From Fidelibacterota bacterium (GTDB lineage Bacteria > Fidelibacterota > Marinisomatia > Marinisomatales > Marinisomataceae), in contig JABHGE010000026.1 in NCBI GenBank assembly GCA_018672235.1, forward strand, positions 1-48,893: a stretch of DNA of 48,893 nucleotides. The letters run 5' to 3'. The position numbers and the translations under genes are program-made. Below are positions 19,634-28,745 of the stretch, piece after piece. The notes beneath the pieces were generated by a model. That model had not been told where the DNA came from and made no database searches. It worked only from the letters and a program-made list of their open reading frames with translations. Every line of letters begins with the position of its first letter. Positions within the stretch are counted from its first letter, which is position 1.

Positions 19634-20358
19634 GCAATAATGATATGTCAATAATTGACCATCTAGAGGAGTTTAGGTGGAGAGTCCTTAAATCTCTTAG
19701 CGCGATACTGTTTATGTCTATTATTACATTTAATTTTGCTAATGATTTAGTGGCTCTATTGATTGCTCCAGCAAGTCAAATTAGCGGAGAGATGAACCTC
19801 CAAGTTCTGACTATCCAAGGCATGTTTATGCTAAAGTGGAATTTAGCAATGATCGGAGGAATTATATTTTCAATGCCTTTTATTACAATACAAATCTGGA
19901 AATTTTTATCTCCTGGATTGTATGACAAAGAAAGAAAAATACTTTTACCACTCATTTTAACTGCTTTTGGATGTTTTATGTTGGGTGGATTTTTTGCGTA
20001 TAAGGTAATCTTGCCATTTTCTTTAGATTTCTTTGCATCAATGATAACAGGAGGTATTGAGAATAATTTTTCTATTAATTATTATTTTAATTTTGTGCTA
20101 GCATTAATTATTGGTTCAGGAGCAATCTTTGAATTACCAGTGGCTTCTTTTCTTTTTTCATCGATAGGTCTAATCAATCCTAAATTTTTACGACAATATC
20201 GAAGAGAAGCAATAATGGGTACGGTTGTTTTATCTGCTATTATTACACCTCCAGATCCTATAAGTTTGATTATCATGTCAATACCAATGATCATTCTTTA
20301 TGAGATTAGTATTTTTGTTTCATGGTTTGCAAACAAACTATTCAATCAAGATTTATAG
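19630..20358 (+). CDS. tatC: Twin-arginine translocase subunit TatC
   Basis: MSIIDHLEEFRWR, PGLYDKE, FELP, AIITPPDP, LYE. Confidence 0.96.
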   Translation: MSNNDMSIIDHLEEFRWRVLKSLSAILFMSIITFNFANDLVALLIAPASQISGEMNLQVLTIQGMFMLKWNLAMIGGIIFSMPFITIQIWKFLSPGLYDKERKILLPLILTAFGCFMLGGFFAYKVILPFSLDFFASMITGGIENNFSINYYFNFVLALIIGSGAIFELPVASFLFSSIGLINPKFLRQYRREAIMGTVVLSAIITPPDPISLIIMSIPMIILYEISIFVSWFANKLFNQDL

Positions 20359-21359
20359 TGAAAAAAATTCTTATTATAAGAATGAGTTCTATAGGAGATA
20401 TTGTTTTATCTACGTCTTTTTTGCAGTCAGTTAAGACAAAATTTCCTGATTCTAAGATTGATTTCCTGATTAAGTCTGAATTTACTGATATTATGCGCCA
20501 TAATCCCTTAATCGATGATTTGATTGCTTTTAAGAAAATAGAGGGCTTTAAGGGGTTAATAGCGCTTGGAAAGAGCCTTCGATCTAATAACTACGATATG
20601 GTTTATGATATTCATAGCGTATTTAGAACAAGAGTGCTTTCATTTTTTTTAAGAAATAATTTTTTTAAACGAATAAAGAAACCTCGCCTTCGACGATTTT
20701 TACTTTTTTATGGTTATCAGAATTTTTTTGAGAAAAATTTTAGCCATATCAAAATGTATCATTCATTATTAGGTAAAACTGACTCATTTCCAAAAACAAA
20801 ATTATATCTATCTGATAAAGAAGTAGAAGAAACAAAAAAATATTTATTAAGCAATAATATTGATCAAAACTATATCACTATAGTGCCTGGTGCAGCATGG
20901 AGTCAAAAACAATGGTCTATCGATAATTATAATAGCTTAATGACTAGATTGATCAAGTCATTTAATTCAACAATTATAATTTTGGGAGCAACCAATGATG
21001 TTATATGTGATCAAATCATTAAGCATGATAGAATTGTAAATTTAAAAGATAAAACTAGTCTCAGGATGGCAATGGGAATTTTAGAATCTTCTGACCATAC
21101 TATTGGGAGTGATACTGGGCTACTTCATATTTCTGAAGCACTAAATACTCCAGTAACGATGATTCTCGGTCCTACATCGCTAGAAACTGGCGCAAGAATT
21201 GTTTTGCCTGAATCTAAAATTATTGAAAATAAAAGCTTGTGGTGTAGACCTTGCTCTCAGAATGGAAGCAGACCATGCTATCGAAAAGAACAGTATTGCA
21301 TGTCTGAGATTCATAGTGAAAAAGTATTTGAACATGTTAACAGGTCTCTTGCTTTATGA
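20358..21359 (+). CDS. Glycosyltransferase family 9 (LPS heptosyltransferase-like)
   Basis: KILIIRMSSIGDIVL, PGAAWSQKQW, SDTGLLHISEAL, CRPC; GTG start overlaps the tatC stop. Confidence 0.9.
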   Translation: MKKILIIRMSSIGDIVLSTSFLQSVKTKFPDSKIDFLIKSEFTDIMRHNPLIDDLIAFKKIEGFKGLIALGKSLRSNNYDMVYDIHSVFRTRVLSFFLRNNFFKRIKKPRLRRFLLFYGYQNFFEKNFSHIKMYHSLLGKTDSFPKTKLYLSDKEVEETKKYLLSNNIDQNYITIVPGAAWSQKQWSIDNYNSLMTRLIKSFNSTIIILGATNDVICDQIIKHDRIVNLKDKTSLRMAMGILESSDHTIGSDTGLLHISEALNTPVTMILGPTSLETGARIVLPESKIIENKSLWCRPCSQNGSRPCYRKEQYCMSEIHSEKVFEHVNRSLAL

Positions 21360-22630
21360 AGCTATTCTGGTTAGGTATTTATAATCTTATTTTCTATCCT
21401 ATATTTTTTATAGTAGCTGTATTGCTATCTCCAATTAATTATAAAATTAGAACTGGTCTTCTAGGAAGATGGCATTCTTTAAAAAAATTAAAAGATTTTA
21501 AAGATATGAATCCTTCTTTAGATATATACTGGTTTCATGTTTCATCTTTTGGAGAATTTCAACAGATAGAATCAATTATTTCTAGTATAAAAAATAGTGA
21601 CAATAATATTGGAATTATAGTATCATTTTTCTCTCCATCCGGATACAATAATGTTAATAATGATAATATCGATTGTAAGGTATACCTTCCATTTGATTTC
21701 CCTTGGTCTATTTTTAGGGGATTAAAGTTAATTAAACCTAAAAAAATTATTTTTGCTTCATATGATATTTGGCCGAACTTACTTCTTGCGGCACGTTTTT
21801 TACATATTGATACAATATTAATTTCTGCAAGAATCCACAATGATAGCTTTAAGCTGAGAATGCTAGGAAAGAGTATTTATAAAGCTATATATGGTCTTAT
21901 TGATCAAATATTTACTGTGAATAGTCGGGATCTAAAAAATATGGAATTAATTGTTCCAGATAAGGTAATTAAAGCGATGGGAAATCCTCGTTTTGATATC
22001 GCATTAACAAGAGAGTCAAATGTTGATATTAAGTTTGATAGCGACTACAAATTAAAGAACAAACTATTTTTATTTGCTAGCTTGTGGCCTGAAGATGATT
22101 CAATACTTTTCCCTAGAATTTTTGACTTATTAGAAAATAATCATAATGCTAAAATTATTCTCATTCCGCATGAGTTGTCAGATAGGTCAATTAATTACTA
22201 TCAAAAACAAGCTAGTAGAAAAAATCTGTCTTCTATAGTAGTAGAAGATTATATAGACTTATCAAGCCTCAAAGAACAGATTATTATTATAAATACGGTA
22301 GGTATTTTATATAAGCTATATTGGCAAGCTCATATATCATACATAGGTGGAGGATTTTCAAAGAATGGTATACATAATATTATGGAGCCAGCTGTAGCAT
22401 CTAATCCCATAATTTTTGGACCAAATTATTCAAATGGAAACTTTTCAGAAGCAGAAGAGCTATTATCTACATCGGCAGCATTTACGATTAATTCTGATTC
22501 AGAATTAATAGAAGTATTTAATAAACTTAATGATGTAAATATGCATGCTTTATCAAGCACTTCTGCGAGGAGTGTTATGGAGAGTAATATAGGCTCTACG
22601 AGCAAGCTATTATCGAGCATATTGAAATGA
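21356..22630 (+). CDS. waaA: Kdo transferase (3-deoxy-D-manno-octulosonic acid transferase)
   Basis: WFHVSSFGE, SFFSPSGY, YLPFD, GNPRFD, IGGGF, HNIMEPA, FGPNY. Confidence 0.92.
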   Translation: MKLFWLGIYNLIFYPIFFIVAVLLSPINYKIRTGLLGRWHSLKKLKDFKDMNPSLDIYWFHVSSFGEFQQIESIISSIKNSDNNIGIIVSFFSPSGYNNVNNDNIDCKVYLPFDFPWSIFRGLKLIKPKKIIFASYDIWPNLLLAARFLHIDTILISARIHNDSFKLRMLGKSIYKAIYGLIDQIFTVNSRDLKNMELIVPDKVIKAMGNPRFDIALTRESNVDIKFDSDYKLKNKLFLFASLWPEDDSILFPRIFDLLENNHNAKIILIPHELSDRSINYYQKQASRKNLSSIVVEDYIDLSSLKEQIIIINTVGILYKLYWQAHISYIGGGFSKNGIHNIMEPAVASNPIIFGPNYSNGNFSEAEELLSTSAAFTINSDSELIEVFNKLNDVNMHALSSTSARSVMESNIGSTSKLLSSILK

Positions 22631-23178
22631 GTAAATTATTCCAGTATAAAGATATTTTTCTTGTCCCCAATTTAATTACTTATGTAAGATTTTTATTAAT
22701 CCCTCCAATGATTATCACCTTTAATCTTGATATGAAAGTCTATTTTTATATAATATTATTTATTTCCTTATTATCAGATTTTTTAGATGGAGTAGCTGCA
22801 AGAAAGTTAAATCAGCATTCAGAGTTGGGAAAAACATTAGATCCTATTGCAGATGGTACAACTTTATTTGCATTTATAATTTTATTAAATAGAAGGGGAG
22901 ATATCGCTGATTGGTTTTGCATCTTCTACTTTGTTAGACAAATAACAATTTTGATATTTTCTCTTATGTATTTACCGAAAATAAAAAAAATATATGGTTC
23001 TAATATAGTAGGTAAGATCGGAGTATGTTTTCTTGGTGTTGCTTTGTCAATACATGCTCTAGATTTCACGCAATTTTTCTACTTAACAGAATATTTAATT
23101 ATAATTTCTGCGATTCTACTCTTCCTTAGTTTGTTAGATTACTTACGTTTCTTTTTTGCATTAGGCTCTAAAAAATAA
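22627..23178 (+). CDS. CDP-alcohol phosphatidyltransferase (PgsA-like)
   Basis: PNLIT..R, SDFLDGVAARKLNQHSELGKTLDPIAD. Confidence 0.92.
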   Translation: MSKLFQYKDIFLVPNLITYVRFLLIPPMIITFNLDMKVYFYIILFISLLSDFLDGVAARKLNQHSELGKTLDPIADGTTLFAFIILLNRRGDIADWFCIFYFVRQITILIFSLMYLPKIKKIYGSNIVGKIGVCFLGVALSIHALDFTQFFYLTEYLIIISAILLFLSLLDYLRFFFALGSKK

Positions 23179-23241
23179 AACTTATTGTCATACTTTATAA
23201 ATTGTTTTTTATATCAATAGATATTATATTTATTAGACAAT

Positions 23242-25242
23242 ATGGCAGACTTTAAATTAGTTTCAGATTTTCAACCATCAGGCGATCAGCCCGGAGCAAT
23301 TGACGAACTTGTTGATGGTATAAAAAATAAATTAAATCATCAGACATTGTTAGGAGTGACTGGCTCTGGTAAGACCTATACGGTGGGTAAGGTGATCGAA
23401 GAAATTCAAAAACCTACATTAATTATTTCTCATAATAAAACTTTAGCGGCACAGCTTTATGGCGAGTTTAAGAGCTTGTTTCCTAATAATGCAGTAGAGT
23501 ATTTTATTAGTTATTATGACTACTATCAGCCAGAGTCATATATGCCTATCACAGACACTTTTATAGAAAAAGATTTTTCAATGAATGAAGAAATTGATCG
23601 ATTAAGATTAAAAGCCACGAGTTCATTATTGCAAAGAAAAGATGTTATTGTCGTTAGTTCAGTATCATGTATTTATGGGTTAGGTTCTCCGAAAGAATGG
23701 AAGAACCAAGTAGTCAATTTGAAAAAAAATAATCCAATAAGTCGCAGAGGTCTTACAGAGGCTCTAATTGACATATATTATAAGAGAAATGATCAAGTTT
23801 TAGAAAGATGTAATTTTAGAATTATGGGGGATATTTTTGAAATATTTCCAGCATATGAAGAAAAAGCTGTTCGAGTTGATATCTTCTCAGATACTATTCA
23901 ATCTATCGTCATTTTTGACCCATTGACAGGAGAAGAAATAGAAGAAGTTGATGAATCAAATCTTTTTCCTGCAAGACATTTTGTATCAGATAAATCAAAA
24001 AATAAAAAAGTTATTAAAGAGGTAAAAAAAGATTTAAAAGATAGAGTAGCATTTTTCAATAAGAATGAAAAATTTTTAGAAGAACAGCGTATAACTCAAC
24101 GTACTAATTTTGATATAGAGATGATTGATGAGATAGGTTATTGTTCAGGTATTGAGAATTATTCTAGATATTTTGATGGAAGAAAGGAAGGTGAAAGACC
24201 TTCAACGTTGATAGACTTTTTTCCTAAAGACTTTTTAACTGTTATTGATGAGTCTCATGTAACTCTTCCGCAGATAAAAGGTATGTATAATGGAGATAGA
24301 AAAAGAAAAGAAAACTTAATTGAACATGGATTTAGATTGCCAGCTGCCTACGATAATAGGCCGCTTAAAGCTGAAGAGTTTGAAGCAATTCAAAATCAGG
24401 TAATTTATGCCTCTGCAACACCAGCGCAAAAAGAATTAGAATTATCTTCTGGAACAGTAACAGAATTAATTAATCGCCCAACAGGTTTAGTTGATCCTGA
24501 GGTCATAGTCAAGCCGTCTCTTGGTCAAATTGATGATCTAATTAGTGAAATAAAGATTCGTACTATAAAGAAAGAGAGATGTCTAGTTACTACCTTAACT
24601 AAAAAAATGTCAGAAGATCTGTCTGAATATCTAAGCACTCAGGGAATCAGAGTTAGATATCTTCATTCTGAGATAAAAACTATTGAAAGAGTAAAAATTT
24701 TAAGAGATCTGCGTTTAGGGGAATTTGATGTGCTAGTAGGAATTAACTTATTAAGAGAAGGGCTTGACCTTCCAGAAGTTTCTCTTGTTGCAATTTTAGA
24801 TGCAGACAAAGAAGGATTTTTAAGATCTAAAAGTTCTCTCATTCAGACTTCTGGTAGAGCAGCTAGACATATAGATGGTAAGGTTATTTTATACGCTGAT
24901 AGAATTACAGATTCAATGCAGTACCTACTTGACGAAACTGACAGAAGAAGAGCTATTCAGCTAGCCTTCAATAAAAAAAATAATATCATTCCAAAATCGA
25001 TTAAAAAATCAATTGATGAAATAATGGAAGCTACGAGTGTAGCTGAATCATTTAGAGATGGAGAAATTGAAATTAAAAGAGATGTCAAAACAGATAGATT
25101 TTTAAATGAAGATAAAAAAATTGTTTTAGAAATGCTTGGACAAGAAATGCTAGAGGCTGCTGATAATTTAGAATTTGAAAAGGCAGCAAACTTAAGAGAT
25201 GAAATAAAGAAATTAGATAAAGAAATTAGGATAAGTAGCTAA
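23242..25242 (+). CDS. uvrB: Excinuclease ABC subunit B
   Basis: GDQP, LLGVTGSGKT, HNKTLAAQLY, YYDYYQPE, DESH, GINLLREGLDLPEV, C-terminal UVR motif. Confidence 0.99.
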   Translation: MADFKLVSDFQPSGDQPGAIDELVDGIKNKLNHQTLLGVTGSGKTYTVGKVIEEIQKPTLIISHNKTLAAQLYGEFKSLFPNNAVEYFISYYDYYQPESYMPITDTFIEKDFSMNEEIDRLRLKATSSLLQRKDVIVVSSVSCIYGLGSPKEWKNQVVNLKKNNPISRRGLTEALIDIYYKRNDQVLERCNFRIMGDIFEIFPAYEEKAVRVDIFSDTIQSIVIFDPLTGEEIEEVDESNLFPARHFVSDKSKNKKVIKEVKKDLKDRVAFFNKNEKFLEEQRITQRTNFDIEMIDEIGYCSGIENYSRYFDGRKEGERPSTLIDFFPKDFLTVIDESHVTLPQIKGMYNGDRKRKENLIEHGFRLPAAYDNRPLKAEEFEAIQNQVIYASATPAQKELELSSGTVTELINRPTGLVDPEVIVKPSLGQIDDLISEIKIRTIKKERCLVTTLTKKMSEDLSEYLSTQGIRVRYLHSEIKTIERVKILRDLRLGEFDVLVGINLLREGLDLPEVSLVAILDADKEGFLRSKSSLIQTSGRAARHIDGKVILYADRITDSMQYLLDETDRRRAIQLAFNKKNNIIPKSIKKSIDEIMEATSVAESFRDGEIEIKRDVKTDRFLNEDKKIVLEMLGQEMLEAADNLEFEKAANLRDEIKKLDKEIRISS

Positions 25243-25252
25243 GAGGTTAACT

Positions 25253-26458
25253 ATGAATATTGAATTAATTAAACAAAAAGCAGGAATTATTGGCGAAAGC
25301 GATGAAATTAAGCATGTTTTGCATATGGTTGGTCAGGTTGCAGATGTAGATATTTCTGTTTTAATTAACGGGGAATCTGGAACAGGAAAAGAGCTTATAA
25401 GTAAGGCAATACATCTAGGAAGTAAAAGATCGTCTAAGCAACTAGTTATTGTTAATTGTGGAGCTATTCCAGAAGGTATCATTGAAAGCGAATTATTTGG
25501 ACATAAAAAAGGCGCTTATACAGATGCTAACGAATCTCGAAAAGGCTATTTTGAAACTGCAGATAAGGGAACAATATTTCTTGATGAAATTGGAGATATG
25601 CCCTTAGAAACTCAAGTTAAAGTGTTAAGAGTTTTAGAAACTGGTGAGTATATGCGAGTGGGAGATTCTGTATCAAAAAAAACAGATACTAGAGTTGTAG
25701 CTGCAACCAATAAAGACTTGGCAAAACTTGTCAAAGAGGGAAAATTTCGACAAGATCTTTACTATAGGCTTAAAACTGTTACAATTAACCTGCCCCCATT
25801 AAGAAGAAGAAAGAGTGATATTCGATTACTAGTTGATAGATTTGCATTACAGTTTAGCAGAACAAACAGTATTAAGTATAAAGGATTTACTCCAGAAGCA
25901 ATCAAGGTAATGCAAAAATGTGATTGGCCTGGAAATGTAAGAGAATTAAGAAATTTTGTTGAGAGTGTATTAATTTTACAAAAAGGTGAAAGAATTACAG
26001 GCGAAATTATTGAAAGGCAATTAGAAAATGAAAATATGACTGATTTTTCTGACAATACTGCATTACCTGTTTTAGTTAATAGAGATCCAGATCAAGCAGA
26101 AAGAGAATTGATTCTAAGACAATTATTATTCTTAAGGCAAGATGTTGAAGATCTAAAATTATTGCTAAAACAATCTGATTTTTCCGCATTAAATTCTCCT
26201 AGAAATATAAATGCAAATTTTGAAAATCGTATTCAAGATAATCAAATTAGTAGCTTGGACAATGATCATTTGATCAAAGGAGATGCTATTGGTGCATTTA
26301 ATACTAGAGACTTAGAAAAAGAGATGATTATTCGTACATTAGAACACTTTAATAATAATAGAAGAGCTGCTGCAAAATCATTAGATATGAGCGAAAGAAC
26401 TCTTTATAGAAAAATAAACGATTATGGAATTGAAAAAAAGATTAACAAAAGTAATTAG
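25253..26458 (+). CDS. Sigma-54-dependent AAA+ transcriptional regulator (Fis HTH, no N-terminal sensor domain)
   Basis: GESGTGKE, ESELFGHKKGAYTDA, FLDEIG, FRQDLYYRL, WPGNVREL, C-terminal SERTLYRK. Confidence 0.93.
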   Translation: MNIELIKQKAGIIGESDEIKHVLHMVGQVADVDISVLINGESGTGKELISKAIHLGSKRSSKQLVIVNCGAIPEGIIESELFGHKKGAYTDANESRKGYFETADKGTIFLDEIGDMPLETQVKVLRVLETGEYMRVGDSVSKKTDTRVVAATNKDLAKLVKEGKFRQDLYYRLKTVTINLPPLRRRKSDIRLLVDRFALQFSRTNSIKYKGFTPEAIKVMQKCDWPGNVRELRNFVESVLILQKGERITGEIIERQLENENMTDFSDNTALPVLVNRDPDQAERELILRQLLFLRQDVEDLKLLLKQSDFSALNSPRNINANFENRIQDNQISSLDNDHLIKGDAIGAFNTRDLEKEMIIRTLEHFNNNRRAAAKSLDMSERTLYRKINDYGIEKKINKSN

Positions 26459-26993
26459 TCTCCATCTAATTTTTTTATTATTTGGATGTGCTTATTATTC
26501 TATGGCAGGATCAATTCCTGCAAATATTAGCAATGTTTCTATTCCATTGTTTGTCAACGATACACCAGAATTTGAGTTATCGGAAAAACTGACATCAGAG
26601 ATTGTTCAACAAATTAGTATTCAAAATGTTATAAAAATAACAAATGATATTGATAGTGATAGCGTTATTGACGGATCAGTAGTCTCTGTTTCAGATGGTC
26701 CTTATGCATTTAATAATAATGAACAAGTTAGTGAATACAGATTCTCACTATCTGTAAGAGTTTCTTGGATTGACAATGAAGATGATAGCAAATTGTTTGA
26801 AAAAACATTCTCTGCATTTGGAACATATAGTATTGATAATGACCCTTCTTCAGACGGGCTAGATAATGACAATGATGGTGTTATTGATGCAGATGATAGT
26901 GATGAATTTGGAGATTCAAGAGAATTGGCGATTAATGTTGCAATTAATAAAATTGCAGTTGATATTGTGAACACAGTTCTTTCAACCTGGTAA
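26424..26993 (+). CDS. lptE: LptE-family LPS assembly lipoprotein (FCB-type) with an Asp-rich segment
   Basis: Lipobox LFGC, YYSMAGSIP, SIPLFVNDT, C-terminal DIVNTVLSTW; follows the sensor-less sigma-54 regulator as in Bacteroidota. Confidence 0.75.
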   Translation: MELKKRLTKVISLHLIFLLFGCAYYSMAGSIPANISNVSIPLFVNDTPEFELSEKLTSEIVQQISIQNVIKITNDIDSDSVIDGSVVSVSDGPYAFNNNEQVSEYRFSLSVRVSWIDNEDDSKLFEKTFSAFGTYSIDNDPSSDGLDNDNDGVIDADDSDEFGDSRELAINVAINKIAVDIVNTVLSTW

Positions 26994-26997
26994 AGTT

Positions 26998-28287
26998 ATG
27001 AGCGAAATAAGCGTTAAAAATTTAAAAAATTCTATTGGAAAAGAAGTCCAAGTTAATGGATGGGTATACAATATAAGATCAATTGGAAAAATTTGGTTTG
27101 TAATTGTAAGAGATGGTTCAGGATATGTGCAATGCGTAGTATCAAAAAATGACGTATCAGAGAAAGTCTTTGCTCTAGAAAGTACACTAACTCAAGAATC
27201 TTCATTGAAAATTAAAGGAACTGTACAAGCAGATACTAGATCTGATAGTGGAGTTGAAATACTTGTCACCGATATAGAGGTAGTTCATATATCTGAAGAA
27301 TATCCAATTGCATTGAAAGATCATGGAGTGAGTTTTTTGATGGATAACAGACATTTATGGCTAAGATCAAAAAAGCAATTTGCCATTATAAAAATCAGAC
27401 AACGATTGATTAGATCAATTAGAAATTTCTTTGATGATAGAGATTTTGTATTGGTAGATTCACCTATTTTTACAGGCAATGCAGTGGAAGGTACAACTAC
27501 ACTCTTCGAGACAGATTATTTTAATCGTTCTGCATACTTATCTCAAAGCGGTCAATTATATCAGGAAGCTGCTGCTATGGCATTTGGAAAAACATATTGT
27601 TTTGGCCCATGTTTTAGAGCAGAGAAATCAAAAACTAGAAAACATTTAACAGAGTTTTGGATGGTTGAGCCTGAAATGGCATATTGTGATATACATCAAA
27701 ATATGGATATTATTGAAGAATTTATGTCTTATATCATAAGAGATGTTCTAGATAATTGTTCCGATGAATTAAAAATTTTAGAAAGAGATGTGTCAAAATT
27801 ATCTAATATTTCATCTCCATTCCCACGTATATCTTATGATGAGGCTGTAGATCTTCTACATAAAAACAATCATAAATTTGAATATGGAAGCGATTTTGGA
27901 GCACCAGACGAAGAAATGATCGCAGCACAATTTGATAAGCCTGTAATGGTTCATTCTTGGCCTCATGAAACGAAAGCATTTTATATGAAAAGAGATAAAT
28001 CTGATAAGTACGCTTTGGGAGTTGATGTTATTGCGCCGGAAGGTTATGGTGAAATAGTTGGTGGAGCTCAAAGGGAAGACGACTATGATGTATTAGTAAA
28101 ACGTATTGAAGACCACAATCTGCCAATAAGCGCTTTTAAGTGGTATCTAGATTTAAGAAAGTATGGCTCAGTACCTCATTCAGGATTTGGTCTTGGATTA
28201 GAAAGAATGGTTTCTTGGGTCTGTGGAATTGATCACATTAGACAAACTATTCCTTTCCCTAGGACCATGGGAAGATTGGAACCATAA
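26998..28287 (+). CDS. asnS: Asparagine--tRNA ligase
   Basis: OB fold GWVYNIR..GKIWF, RHLWLRS, YLSQSGQLY, FRAEKSKTRKHLTEFWMVEPE, PHSGFGLGLER. Confidence 0.96.
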   Translation: MSEISVKNLKNSIGKEVQVNGWVYNIRSIGKIWFVIVRDGSGYVQCVVSKNDVSEKVFALESTLTQESSLKIKGTVQADTRSDSGVEILVTDIEVVHISEEYPIALKDHGVSFLMDNRHLWLRSKKQFAIIKIRQRLIRSIRNFFDDRDFVLVDSPIFTGNAVEGTTTLFETDYFNRSAYLSQSGQLYQEAAAMAFGKTYCFGPCFRAEKSKTRKHLTEFWMVEPEMAYCDIHQNMDIIEEFMSYIIRDVLDNCSDELKILERDVSKLSNISSPFPRISYDEAVDLLHKNNHKFEYGSDFGAPDEEMIAAQFDKPVMVHSWPHETKAFYMKRDKSDKYALGVDVIAPEGYGEIVGGAQREDDYDVLVKRIEDHNLPISAFKWYLDLRKYGSVPHSGFGLGLERMVSWVCGIDHIRQTIPFPRTMGRLEP

Positions 28288-28745
28288 TGAAATTTGCAGG
28301 AAGAATAGCCGTTTTTGGCGGAAGAGATATTACTGAAGAAATTTATAACGACACGGTAGAAATTGGCAAGCAAATGGCCAATGAAAATTGGTTAGTATTT
28401 TGTGGTGGAGGTGAAGGAGTTATGGAGGCTATCGCTAAGGGAGTTTCAATGAATAATGGTGTATGTATCGGAATTCTTAAAGACAAAGATTTTAAATCTG
28501 GAAATGAATTTTTATCTATTCCAATTTCAACAGGACTTGATATTACAAGGAATGCATTAATTAGCTATAACTGTGATGTTGGAGTTGCGATTTCTGGAGC
28601 TTATGGAACTTTAAGTGAGATAGCATTTACATTGGCTCAAGATAAGCCACTTATTTCATATAATAGCTGGGATGTTGCAAATTCGATACCAGTAGATTCT
28701 ATTAGTTCATTAATCGGTGAAGTTAAAAATTGTCTCAATCAATAA
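28287..28745 (+). CDS. TIGR00725 family (LOG-like Rossmann fold) protein
   Basis: CGGGEGVMEA, TG...RN, GAYGTLSEIAF. Confidence 0.88.
   Translation: MKFAGRIAVFGGRDITEEIYNDTVEIGKQMANENWLVFCGGGEGVMEAIAKGVSMNNGVCIGILKDKDFKSGNEFLSIPISTGLDITRNALISYNCDVGVAISGAYGTLSEIAFTLAQDKPLISYNSWDVANSIPVDSISSLIGEVKNCLNQ

Noticed and set aside
23179..23241. LexA/SOS box upstream of uvrB
   Set aside because: No recognisable LexA motif; only weak AT-rich symmetry.
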